NCBI GenBank assembly: GCA_964658305.1
Contig: OZ210885.1
Location: 1,550,001 to 1,614,000, forward strand
Reading direction: 5' to 3'
Length of the DNA: 64,000 nt
From: Leptogorgia sarmentosa
Lineage: Eukaryota
Notes under the pieces: generated by a model
The model's input: the letters and a program-made list of their open reading frames with translations, nothing else
Databases searched by the model: none
Told to the model about the DNA's origin: nothing
Program-made: the position numbers and the translations under genes
Shown: positions 1 to 12,674 of the stretch, one piece after another
Layout: every line of letters begins with the position of its first letter
How positions within the stretch are numbered: position 1 is the first letter of the stretch

Positions 1-508
1 TGAAGTATATATAAGAATTGATGATTAATGGCGGCTAATACGCTACAATCCATGGATACGTTTGAATCGCTCGGGGACAAGGTTTATCGCCTTCTAAATA
101 TCACAATATTTTGCTTTTTCGATTCGCTACAAGTCGATTTACCATGTTTATACTTCGCATGTAAGAAAACATACTATTTTGCGTTGCTGCATACTATAAA
201 TTTACGAGCATTTTGAAAGTCCGAATGCCCATTGCGTAATACTGCATGTCGCATATTTCTAGCCATGCATGAATGAACGTTATTTTGTCCTTAGTTAGGT
301 ACTTTTTATAATTCTTGTCGTTTATAAAGTGCCAGTGCCAGATTATCACTTAGAGGCTCTTCTTTCGTGTAAAACACTCGGAAGAGGTAGTAAAAATTTC
401 ACCTGTAATTTAACACTACAGTACAACCAACTTTTTTTTTCTTTTATTAAAAGAAATACGAAAATTTATTCAGTCTACTTGAATATTGGCGGTTATTGGA
501 AAGCACTG

Positions 509-3500
509 ATGGATATAAAAGTCTATTTGTTGGCCTTCTTCATTGCATATACACTTCGAGCAGGAATTCGAATTGTCGCTGAAGACGAAACTGCTGGGAA
601 AAAGAAAATTGTGAATTTTTGTTTTAACGCAAGTCTCGAGGGTATGTGTGCGCGCTGCTGTGGTAATTAACAAACATTTTTCGGCTGCGCAGTCGTTTGT
701 CAGACATTTGAATGAATTGCAATGTACCACCTAATCATGACGTCATTTCAATTTCGTAGGTTACAGACTAAATGTGACAGTTTTGACGACAGAGCTGGCT
801 CCTAATTGGCTTGCCTGTGTGATAGAATGTGTTACGGAGCCTTGCTGTCGATCAATCAATTATAAAAACACACTGAACTTACGGAATGAACCAAATTGTG
901 AAATGTTGCACAATGTGGTCTATAATAATTCTCAGAAATATTTGGAAAGGAATTGTTCTTATAACCATGTTTTTCTTAATAATCCGCCAAAGGTAAAAAT
1001 TACTTCCGGAATAAATCGTGGAACAATAAATGAGATATTTCATTTTATTGTCCGTATAATTTATAGGAATACAATGGAACCTGCTTTTCGAAGTTCGCAA
1101 GTGGCCGTACAAAAGGTGAGGAAATGTTTACTGGCTAAGACAGCCAAGCGCGATGTATTTAAAATTTGGTAATTTCATCTCAATTTCATCGTCAAGGTTA
1201 CATTGGTTGTGCTGTCACTTGCTGTTACTTTTCTTATTAAAATTTCTTATTAGCAAAGCACGAGGTCTGTACAGAAAATGATTGGACTGAGCTCTTTTCC
1301 GTTCAGACCTAGCCCGTAAGGCGAGCTGCACAAGCTCAATTTGACGATTAATTAATTAATTAGAGGATAATTCTGAAAAGTTGACTATTTGAAATTATTA
1401 TATACACAAGCGCTGGATATGAGCTATTCTGCAATCTGATTGGTTCTCCACTAGCAGGATATTAGCTCATATCCTGCTAGTACAGAAATGTAAACAAAAT
1501 GGCTGAAAGAGCGAAGCTGGAATTGAAGTTTTCAACAGTTAAAAACGTATTTGCGACTGATTTAATGAATAAAATTCAAGAAGTTTAGTTGTAAATGTTT
1601 ATTGTGCAGTTATGAATCTGGAAAACCGGACTCGACGCTGTAATATTCATCGCTTGACTGAGTTGGATCGCTTGTTGCTGTTTGTTGACATTTTACAACG
1701 GTAAAATTTGTGTTGTACTTTCAAATGCAGAAAAAAACAGCTGAAAACTGTTGAAATTTAAAACTAGCTACAGTTTAAACGAAACGTCGACTATTTTAAT
1801 TCCGTAACTGTTGTTTTTTCCGTGCTTTTTGGCGTGTATTTATCAAGTAAAACTGTTTTTGTAAATATGTCGATTTCAAAGCGATAGAACACTTTGAAAT
1901 TATATTCAGTTATTAACTAAAATACAAATAAATTTTGAAGTTGTTTTTGTCCAGCGCTTGTGTACATAATAAAACAGTTATTCTGCTCACTCTCGTCGTA
2001 TATGACTGATAGTCGACTCGGCGCTACGCGCCTCGTCGACTATCAGCACATATACGACTCGAGTTCGCAAAATAACTGTTAATTGGTCTTTTCACGCACA
2101 CGATGCATTTTTTAACACCGTATGGTACGTAACTCGTCTTATTATATGGACAGCGGTATTTTATTGAGAACTAAAACACTCGTAGAACTCATACGCCACT
2201 ACATCCGGGATATGGTGCGCGTATTTTCCGTATGTCACGCTTAGGGGTGACATAACCTTCCCGCCCTTTTCGCTGTTTACAAATGGCTTCTACTTCAAGG
2301 TTTGTGAATTTAAGCGATATTAGTACGTTTTGCGACGAACAATAAAGCTACAATAAACTACAATAAAGCGGTATTTCATAATCTATATTTACTAAAGTCT
2401 AATTTTAAAGCCATTAATTGTCGTGTTTTAGACTGCATGTTTGCATTAAAAGGGTAGTTGTTGTGTATTTATGTAACTATGAATAAGTCCATATAATAAA
2501 CGAACTATTTAAGCCATGTTTTTAAACAATGTCCGCATTATTTTATAGCTCATGTTTTCGAATCAGAGATATTGAAGAATGAGTCACTGGAATTTTCAAG
2601 AAAGCTTGGAGAATGGTTGAATAAACCAGGAAATTGGAATGTTTGTTGGCGAGGCACAAGAGATGGAATGAAGCATGAAGCATTTCACGCAGGATGTAAC
2701 GGGAAAATTCCAACTCTGACAATTGTTAAAGTTATCAAGAACAACAAAAGTCTCGTATTTGGAGGATATGCCACAGAATCATGGGCTGGAGGTAAGGTGG
2801 AAATTACAATAAGCAATTTTAAGCAAAAAATACCTAATTAGTTGGTATTGTTAGTTTTGTTTTCCTCAAATTGAAGTCCAAACTGTCCTAAACGCTGAAA
2901 TGGACACGACATCGATTGAAAATACATCCATGTATTGTTTGCTATCTGACATACAATTTTAGGCCTAAAAGAAGAAGATCGATTATAACAAAAATAATCC
3001 ACTGAGTCTACTGTCTAAGTCACAAATTTCATTAATTAAATTTTATTACGACTTGGATTGGCATGGCATTCAATCCTGACCAAAACTCATCTCAAAGACG
3101 GCTAAAGACAGGAATCTAGTCCGGCTGTGTTCTAATATTATTCGCTAAATCTACCCTATCCCAACCCTAATCCTAACCCTAACCTATATATATAATAATC
3201 TATGGAACACAGTTGGACTAGATTCCTGTCTTTAGCATGCAGCTATTTAATTTGTGTGTGGCTCCGTCACTTTTGAAATTTGTTTGAATGCCAAAATTTG
3301 AGATTTCGGGCTGAGAGGTTTTTTCGGGTTGGTCACATAATTTTGAAAACGTCTAAATGTGTACCTTTAACAAGTTGATTAGTTTCTTCGCAAGAAAATA
3401 TTGAAAAAGCAATTTTACAACAGTTGCACAACATGCAGCTCGTTTAGCGTCATTTTCGTATTGCTATAAATGCTCAAAGTTTAGTTATTGGGAAGTTTTC

Positions 3501-3925
3501 AAAATGTAAGAATCACATGCAGATATGGTTATTACAGATTCCTAGAGGAGCGCTGGACTATTATATTCTCCTAGCAGGATATTTTATTTTTTATTTTGAC
3601 AGAAGGTGCGAGTGGTATTGCTGCTCCAGGATCGTTTTTGTTTTCACTGCGAAATAACGATGATCTGCCACCTTTCAAAGCTCCACTAAAAGACGAGAAT
3701 AGCACCTACGCAATTTTCCAGTTACCCGGAGAAGGGCCAATTTTCGGCGGTGGTTATGATTTGTTTATTAGCATATCCGGATCCACGACAAAATCCAACG
3801 CAAATTTCGGTGTAACTTACCAAGCGCCACCTGAATATGCCATTGGTGAAGCAAAGACCCAATCCCTTCTCGCAGGAAGCTTTGAGTTCACACCTACAGA
3901 AGTTGAAGTTCTCTCTTTAGTTTAA
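509..3925 (+). CDS. Secreted PAN/apple-domain + TLDc-domain protein, copy 1 (5 coding exons)
   Basis: Exons 509-641, 760-992, 1067-1115, 2549-2791, 3603-3925, all GT-AG with consistent phase (1,0,1,1). Hydrophobic leader MDIKVYLLAFFIAYTLRAG. PAN pattern CVIEC..CCRSINY..CEML. TLDc motifs WRGTRDG..FHAGC, FGGY, SFLFSL, GPIFGGG, terminal EVEVL. Confidence 0.85.
1392..2082. mobile_element. Non-autonomous element with asymmetric subterminal inverted repeats and a long 3' hairpin
   Basis: ttattatatacacaagcgctgga (1395-1417) is inverted at 1950-1972. Imperfect hairpin 1973-2080 with apex ctcggcgctacgcgcctcg. Confidence 0.7.
3101..3236. mobile_element. Small TIR element (MITE) with internal telomere-like tract
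   Basis: About 33-bp inverted ends gctaaagacaggaatctagtcc.. / ..ggactagattcctgtctttagc enclosing accctaatcctaaccctaacc. Confidence 0.65.
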
Positions 3926-4974
3926 AACCTCACTGATCCTCTTTTGGTTAACAGAAACATACTTGGCGGACAAATTATAAAATAAATATAGTTTAACATA
4001 AGTCTTCAAAATATCTAAATTATAGTGTTACGTACAATTGTAAACTGATTTTAAAACATAATACCAACATTAATGTTTATATGATCGTCCAAAAGAGAAT
4101 TCCGTTGGGCAGAACACGAGTATCAAGCCATATAAATATACACACAACCCCTTCCCCCACACCCCCAAAATTAACGCTGCATGCTACACGCCCCGATTGT
4201 AAACTGACTCGACTCGTAAAAAAATGTGTAACTTTGTAACAAAAACTTTTACCTATAGAGACAATTTAGCTCCTTTTGAAGTTTTGCTGCTCTTTCATCT
4301 CTGCATTTAATTCCTAATTCGATTATTTTCATGGTCAATTACTACTCAGAAAACGTAAACAAAACATTATTCCTTCAAATTTCGTTCAAACGTATTAATT
4401 TTAATTGAATGCCGGGTTCTCATTGACAACATGCCATAAATACGAATTCACCGCCGTCATTATTTCGTTAACGTCAAAGCGCCGCACCGCAGGTTTGCTT
4501 AGCTAATAAAATGCGTTTCAGAGTCGACTACCTGTTTTTGCGCTAAAGCTGAACTGAATCTAGGGTAAACGCTTGCATTGTAAACTAGACTGAATATTTC
4601 CTTGCACGAAGCCATTACATCAATTAGCAGCAGCAGCAGTAGATTTATTCGACCTCCCCGTATAGAGCTTTTCAGGTTTAAATTACAATATGGTGTTATG
4701 AAATTTACAATTACATCCATAATGCATCAATAACTCTAAAAGTAAGTGTCTTTCAAGATTGAAAAAAAACCCTTTCCCAGCAGACAATTTTGCGAAATAT
4801 AAGAGAAAACAAACTCCGAAAATGAACATCTTGTAAACTCAAGATATGAGCTGTTATAAAAACAAAACACAATATTCAAGGTAATATTTCGACTCTATTT
4901 CAAAGTCATTGTCAAACCTATAACTAATTATTTACAAGCTTTCAAGGTTGAAATGTTTGAAAACTTCTCATGAA

Positions 4975-5390
4975 GACTTTTCTTAACCGCTTTCTTAAAT
5001 GGTGGTAAAGATTATAATTGTTTCTTCTTCTTCCAGCGTATTACAAAGCTTGCACTCTCTAGCAATGAAAGCGTGTTCAGTGTTTTTTTATACGACATAT
5101 TTGCGCAGTCTCGATTCGTCTTTGCTTCTTGTGTTATAAGCTGTCTTCTTAGCTACTACAAAATTATTACAGATATTCTGGTGCAAGATTCTTGATAAAC
5201 TGGTAAGTCATTACTGCAGCATCTCTTGGATAGAGTTTTTCAGGGACAGGAATCAGAGAATTTTTCAGAGCATTTTGGTTCTCCAGTAAATATGCGGGCA
5301 AAGCAAAGTTTTGAATATGTTGTAGCATTTGGATGTTCGACTTGGTTGTTGAAGACCAAATCTAGGACTTACTTAGGGTGTTTCCCAAGT
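4975..5390 (-). mobile_element. Decayed non-LTR retrotransposon (L2/CR1-like) ORF2 3' remnant
   Basis: Minus-strand fragments QHIQNFA, PVPEKLYPRDAAVMTYQFIKNLAPEYL and AFIARECKLCNTL resemble the post-RT C-terminus of LINEs. Interrupted by stops and frameshifts. Confidence 0.55.
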
Positions 5391-7680
5391 CTTTAACGTG
5401 ACCAACCGGTTTAAGAATTTTCTGGAAAGAATGGGACTATGTCGTCAAATGTCATATTTTCAGTACACGACGAAATTATGTCATAAAATAATGTTGTACA
5501 TGTGTTTTGGTGAGCACATAGCTCCAAAATTGGCAGCTACCGAACAGATATGACGACTTCATCAAACGGTTTTGACCAATCAAAACTCGGCTTAAATTAT
5601 TTTACTATAATATAAACAATAAATTGACAGCTGGTTCATATCTGCTGGCTTTGAATATTTAAATGCTCCAAAATAAAACATTTACTTTACCCTAATGCGG
5701 ACAGTTCATAAAACGTCAGTCTCATTTCACACCACCTGCTATTTCATACGAAACTTACTGCAAACTTTGACATCAAGCTAACTTCCGTAAGTTTATCGTG
5801 TTATTGGTTTTTACTTCATTCCAATGTATATACAGCAGTTAGTTTAGTGCGAACTTTCCAACATATATTTCTTGCTCGCAGGTTATTTGAACACTTTTAT
5901 AGTGTATACGTAGTTGACATAATAATATGAATGCATGCAGATGGCTGATAATGATTGCAAGTATCTACAGTGAAATTTTAGCGCCACTAATACTTGATAC
6001 CAGTGTGTTTGTGCGTATATAAAAATTTTGGAGTATATTCGAGTTCTTTAATATGAATCTTTTTTAAATTCCGTTTCACGTTTATATTAATCCATGCGAT
6101 CAAATTTGAAGTTTAAAAAAATAAATTATGTTAAACTAATTATGTTTCAGTTAAAGCCTGAATAACCAAAATATCAGCTCGTACTGAAGAACAGAAAATA
6201 TTAAGCTACATGCATTTTGATGAAAAATGATGTGAAAGATCGAACACGGCTGCCATGCAGCTGGCTTTTAATAAATATAATGAAAAATGGACTTTCGTTC
6301 ATGAAACATTTTTCTGTATCAGCGAATATTCATAAATTTTGAATATTCCTGCAGGTTTGTGAACACGAATAATTATTTTTTGAACATTTTCCCTCCCAAT
6401 TATATATAGACGTTAGCTGGGAACGCTAATGAAAATTACTCATATGCATTTATAAATTGGCAAATTCTGTTTTGTCGGTTCTGCCAAAGTGCAAAATTCA
6501 TATTTCATAATTGGCGTAATTTTTGTCAATTGCTTTGAAGCCTGAAAGCACTCAATCATCATCACAAACTGTGCTTTCTAGCTATTCCTAGCCCAAACAT
6601 TGCTAAAACAAAACGGACGAACAATAACATGCAGAGAGAATATGTAAACATAACAGCCTGTAGCAGTTGAGCACAAAATACGTTTCAGTTCCGTAGTTGA
6701 GCTAGGATTTCTAGACACTTTACTGAATTAATACATCTCAATTGTCCGAAGTTATTGATTTAGTTGAAAGACCAAATATGGGTCATCCTTCTGGAAGGTT
6801 TTGGGCTGCATGAGAATTCTTAGACAAACCTGTGTATCATTACGAAGAGAATTTGACACAGTCCGTCTTTCTTTTGATCAAGTAGTGACCAATGATTTGT
6901 TATACTGTAAGTAGAATTAATTCTTAGTTCGATATCCTGTCGCTGTTTGTAGCTACAGCTAACATGAGCATCGTTTCTATTGTGCATATTGCCAATATGG
7001 AAATATTACATCCGGGGATGTAACATGCACAAGACTGAATAGCACGAGTTATAAAACGAGCACTGGTCATACGAAGGCGTGATAAACTCGAGAGTTATTA
7101 CAGAGTTATTACACGAGAAACCATTACTTGAGACAATCGCAGTTTTCAGTTTCTCCTAGCTAAAGTTGAACACCGGGAGACTTTCCTTGCTTACTTATAT
7201 TTCACATCTTGCAATGATAACGGTTTGAACATTAAAGAAAAAGCTATACTATTATTTTATGCACGTACGTATATATTATATTATCAGTTATGTTGCATGT
7301 TGCATGCTTTAATAAAAGTATTTGGTATTTCACGTAGCCTCATGTGCTTTTTAAAAACACACAATGATATATATCAATTCTGGTCTTGTGATTGGAATAA
7401 AGCGCCCTACGCTTGTTTGTGAATAATTCAAACCACAAAACTGGTTGACACTTCCAACGTTTGAAGTGGAAGGGCAATAATCCATTCCCAGAAGTGAAGG
7501 AAACAATATAGCTAAGTATGCAGTCAAGAGGAATGCAGCGACGTTTTCAACCAACCAGTGAGCCAGGGCATGAATCACAGGCGTGTATGTATCTTAACTC
7601 TGACTTGATTGTTTGCTTCATAGGGAAGATAATAATCTGCCAGAATACAGTAAAAAGTGGTGGTTAGCTTGAAGGTAACG

Positions 7681-9957
7681 ATGCACATAAAGTTCCATTT
7701 GTTGATCCTTTTCATGGTGTATACGATACGAGCGGTAATTGTCGCTGACGAAAATGATAATAAGAATGAAGGAATGATAAATTTGTGTTACAACTCAAGT
7801 CTTGAGGGTAAGTAGCTATACCGACTGTGGAAATCGTTAGTTAAACCTTTGTCCATACTCGACTCTTACAGTAGTCGTGCCTCATACATTTTTCAAAAAT
7901 GTAACATTTGAATGAATAGCAATCATGTCGTTATTTTTATTACCCAGGTTACAGACTTAAAGTGACAGTTTTGGTGAAGAAATTGGTTTCTGATCGGTTC
8001 ACCTGTGTTATGGAGTGTGCCACAGAGCCATGTTGCCGCTCAATCAATTATAAAAAGACGCTGAACTTGCGGAATGAACCAAATTGTGAAATGTTGCATA
8101 ATCTGGTCTATAATATCTCTCAGGAACTTTTGGAAGCAAATTCTTCTTATAATCATGTTTATCTCGGTAATCCACGAAAGGTAAAAATATTTCACAACAT
8201 GAAATTGCTTATTTTGCTTCTGCACACACATGCATGCATGTCTAAGATTTTCAAAGACCTCAAATACCACTGTCTCGCTCTTCGAGTCTAATTTTTCTAT
8301 CATTTTCATGTGAGTAAATTAGTTGTTATTTATGGTTCATCTCCTCAAACAATAAAGAAAATTTTTTGCCTTGTGTAGGATTTTAACCAAACCTGCTTAC
8401 CTGAACCCAAAAGTCCCGATTTGAAAGGTGAGTCATGAGTGATCCATAGCCCTAACATTTTGTTTCCTACTTGGACCATTTTTAGTTTCTCTGAGTATAT
8501 AGCGAAAGAATAAGACAGGCATCCTTCATGTCATCATGTCTCATTATAAACAACAGATGTTTTCCTTTATTATTATCTAGTAATGGAATTAATTCCGTAA
8601 ATTTTCTTACGTTTATGTCTTGTATTGGTTGCTTGTAGAGTATTTCCACATATTTTCGGTAGAGTATTTCCATGTAGGCTATCGTTGAAATATTGGTAGC
8701 TGCACACGCTGCAAAAAATGATCAATTTTCTTAATAAGAAACAATTTAAATAAATTTGAGAGCCCATGCATGGTCTCCCTCAATTAAATGAACCTATTGA
8801 TTTGCTTCGAGCTCGCTCTTGTTTGATTTCATTCAGAAAATAGGAAACAGTAGCTTCTGCTACTCCATATAGTTATCCACATGTTAAAAATACTCTCAAC
8901 AGTCAACTTGATAGTTTGCCAATGGCTCTTTAACCAAGAAACCATTCACCACTAAACTATATTTAACCATGTTTTAAACACTGTGCTTATAGATCACGTT
9001 TTTGAATCAGAGATATTGAAGAATGAGTCACCGGAATTGTTAGGAAAACTTGGAGAATGGTTGAATAAACCGGGAAATTGGAATGTTTGTTGGCGAGGTA
9101 CAAGACATGGAATGACACCTCAATCTTTTCACGCAGGTTGTGACGGGAAAATTCCAACTCTGATGATTGTTAAAGTTATCACGAACAACAAAAGTCTCGT
9201 ATTCGGAGGATATGCCACAGAATCCTGGGCTGGAGGTTAGAATGAAAATATTACATCATAAAAAATTCTCCCCAACTGGAAAGCGAGACATTTTTAGTTT
9301 CGTTGTGTAGAAATGTATTATTTAGCGACAAATTTAAAGTGCCGATATATAAATGAACATGCAAGTAATACACCCAGATAATATCCCGTGGTAAACTGTA
9401 TCCCTCATGTCAGAATTCATTTTAATCTTTCTGATAGAAAATATTTTTTTCACTAATAGAATTTGTTTTTTTTACTTGCATCTGTGCACATGCATTCCAC
9501 TTCAAATATTAATTTTTCATATATTTCAATATTCAATATTTTTTAATACTAGAGAACAATAGGAGGACACTTTTCCTTTATCGCAATTAGACCCGATAAT
9601 TATGAAGTATGATAAAGAGTTTAACAGGAGATTTTTGTGTTTTTGACAGTCGGTGATACTCCTGCTCCAGGATCGTTTTTGTTCTCACTTCGTAACAATG
9701 ATGATCTGCCGCCTTTCAAAGCTTCGCTGAAGGACGAGAATAGCCCATTCGCAATTCAACGACAACCCAATAAGGGACCAGTGTTTGGATATGATTTGAT
9801 TATGATGAAGAACGAGGATAAGTATTCCGGCGCAGATTTTGGACTTACTTACCAAGCGCCAAGTGGCTACGAAAGTGGTGTAACAAAGACCCAATCCCTC
9901 CTCGCAGGAAGCGCTTCTTTCACGCCAACAGAAGTTGAAGTTTTATCTTTGAATTAA
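7681..9957 (+). CDS. Secreted PAN/apple-domain + TLDc-domain protein, copy 2 (5 coding exons)
   Basis: Exons 7681-7807, 7948-8180, 8379-8427, 8993-9235, 9650-9957, GT-AG, same phases as copy 1. Leader MHIKFHLLILFMVYTIRAV. PAN exon, 49-bp linker exon, TLDc split over two exons. Confidence 0.85.
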
Positions 9958-11329
9958 AACACGGATTATCATTTGAAACATACTGGTGCACAATTATAGA
10001 AAAGTATGTTTTGATTCTTATTCAAATTAACAATGATTAATCTCTTCTGCAGATTTATGCAGCTTGTTTATAACTGACTCATTATTTATCATTTATTATC
10101 CTACAGTGTTAAAAAAAAAATTTTAAAATGTTAAAAATGAGTATTTTCTTGCAAAATTTTATTTAACGAGGCACGTATATGGCCATGTTTACCTTCAGTT
10201 ATCGTTCACGTATATGTATAGAGTTCACTGCTGGCCTAAAAGTTTGACATTATGCATCGCCATTGCAGCCGTAACAACAATGGTGTCGTCCTTCTATGAG
10301 CAATTTCCAACTATCTGCTAGAATACACTGTATTTATTAAAACATCATAAATTGTATGTAGCCACCTTGTATAATTGAGTAACATTTTCTGTGTGTATCG
10401 TTGAAAAATGACCGACTCCTTTTGAATAATTTGACATAAACATTGATTTTTTGTTAATTTGCTGAAAACTGGGCTTTGTCCATAGATTTGTATAAAAAGA
10501 TGCATGAAGTTAAGATTATGGAATGATACGTGTTACCTAACGACATGATCACCACTAATTTAGAAAATATGATGTAAAATAGAAAGGGCGGGACAACATC
10601 AATTTCCAGAAATTTAAAATCATAATAATAAATTGTACACGGAAATCGGAATTGAACAAATACACTTGCATGACTACTAAAGTCACATGGCATCGTTAAT
10701 CGTTTCGTGTGCATGGTGATTATTGAGTTTTGTATTAAATTCATTGAAATCTAAATAATCTGGAATGATAACTTGGCCGCCATCTTAGGTTGCCCAGTCC
10801 CTTTTACAAAATTTGCCAAGAAAAAGCATTGAAAATGGATAAGCATGGGCATGTTTATATAAAGTTTTCATTCCAGATTACTTAGAGTTCAATATAATGG
10901 TTCAATTATCGAAAAAAGTTAGTTATTAAAAATTTGTTAGTCTTTCATGCGGAATATTTCTATGAAGTGCACGTACAAAGGAAACATTAAAACAATTCGG
11001 ATGGTACGTTGTTGAAGGGGCGATCTCCCCCACAATTGCTTTCATGACAATTCTCGTGAAAAGTCATTCCATTATTCTCACTTTTTTCAAAAAATAATAA
11101 CAGAAAAAAATAAATTGCCATCAAATGACGTTCCTGGTCATGGCAGGAGCTGATCTCAGATCCAGAAATTCTGGAGACAGTCTCTAGGCAATTTATAATA
11201 ATTATTTACCCATCAAAACCTCTTTGCCTTTGCAATGTCAATCGTCAGAGACAAATATCCAGATGCTGATACTGGGCTGCAAGGCCTTTAGAAGGCCTAA
11301 ACATTTTTTGAGGACACCCTGTACAGCGC

Positions 11330-11739
11330 CGATGCTTATTTCGATTCCGTCGACGGTCGGACTCCTCATTATATACATGAACAACAGCAGCATTAGAAAT
11401 AACCATAATAATAATTATAAATGGGGAATCAGGAAGCTGGAGCAGTCAGTGTAATGACAAGGGTGCGGATTTCTGTGCAGAGCACCAGAGTTCGATCCCC
11501 ATCGCGTTACAATATTTTGTCCTTATTTTTTTCGACCTTTAATCTCAAATTTAATTTTGCCAAAGATTTTTCAACTATTTTTTTCAAAATACGCATATTA
11601 TTTTGTCAATGTTTAAAGTTTGGGTTAGGATTAGGGTTTGGGTTAGTGTTAAGTACTGTTGAGTTGCTGAATACGAGTAAATGAGGTGTCCGACCATCTC
11701 GGAGGTGTCCGACCGTCGACGGAATCGAAATTTGCATCG
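11330..11739. mobile_element. TIR element containing a tRNA-like A/B-box segment and a telomere-like tract
   Basis: Inverted ends tttcgattccgtcgacggtcggac / gtccgaccgtcgacggaatcgaaa. gttcgatccc at ~11490 with an A-box-like tcagtgtaatga about 44 nt upstream. gggttaggattagggtttgggttag at ~11622-11646. Confidence 0.6.
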
Positions 11740-12674
11740 CCGATAGTAATCCGCACACCGTATCCTATAAGCTAACGAAGCTCCACAAAATTGCCGGTAA
11801 AAACCTTTTATATGAATAGATTTTGCAATATAACATATAAAGTACGCGCGGTTACCAAGTATCCCAAACAAAGTGAGCCCAAAGTAATTTTCTGCAATCC
11901 GCACAGTATGACGTTCGCAAACATCATTTAAATTGCTTTGACTTCTCGAAATTCAAGGTCAATTCAGTCATGAGATAGATGTGTCCCACTGGAGATAAAC
12001 TGCATGACGTTTGATAAACTGACGCAACAAATTAATAAAAAATCGTAGCGCTCTATCCATATTTCTCAAGCTCTATTAATCTTCAATTAAAATGCATTTC
12101 ACTCCCAATGCACACATGGTACCTGATTTATCTTTTAAATTGATTAATTAGTGCATGATATGATTATCACTGGTTTGATTACTTTGATATAAGCTTCGTA
12201 TACACATTGGATATTTAAGGCAATTTGAATGTCAAGGTTTCTGTGTTTTTTACCCACCCTGTATATTTATGATTTTAATTCTTTAGTTGTTCGGAATTAT
12301 TTCATTCTTCTAATTGATTTTCAGAGCTGAAAATTGTATGAAAAACATCGCGTGATTATTGTCAGCATGACAAAATTGCATCAGGTTTCAACTAGTAATA
12401 ATAAAATTGACAGCTATGCTTGACATGGCCCCTGTATTTTATTTAAACGGATTGGTCATTCTATAAGCGTCTTCGGTGTAGAATTACACGATATACGCGT
12501 TGTGTGAGTATACGCACACGTTCCTCATTTCGAAAGGCCAATAGAAATGGTGGCAAGACAATACTCAATAATATAATATCATCAATATTTTGACATACAT
12601 AATTATTAATTTTCAGCTATGGAAATAACTCATTCATTGTAGAGAGTGCCATGATTCACTAAGCTTCTCGAGAG

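Noticed and set aside
11440..11510. Functional tRNA gene
   Set aside because: A/B-box-like motifs present, but acceptor and anticodon stems do not pair convincingly.
11622..11646. True telomere or chromosome fusion site
   Set aside because: Only a few degenerate units, enclosed within a TIR element.
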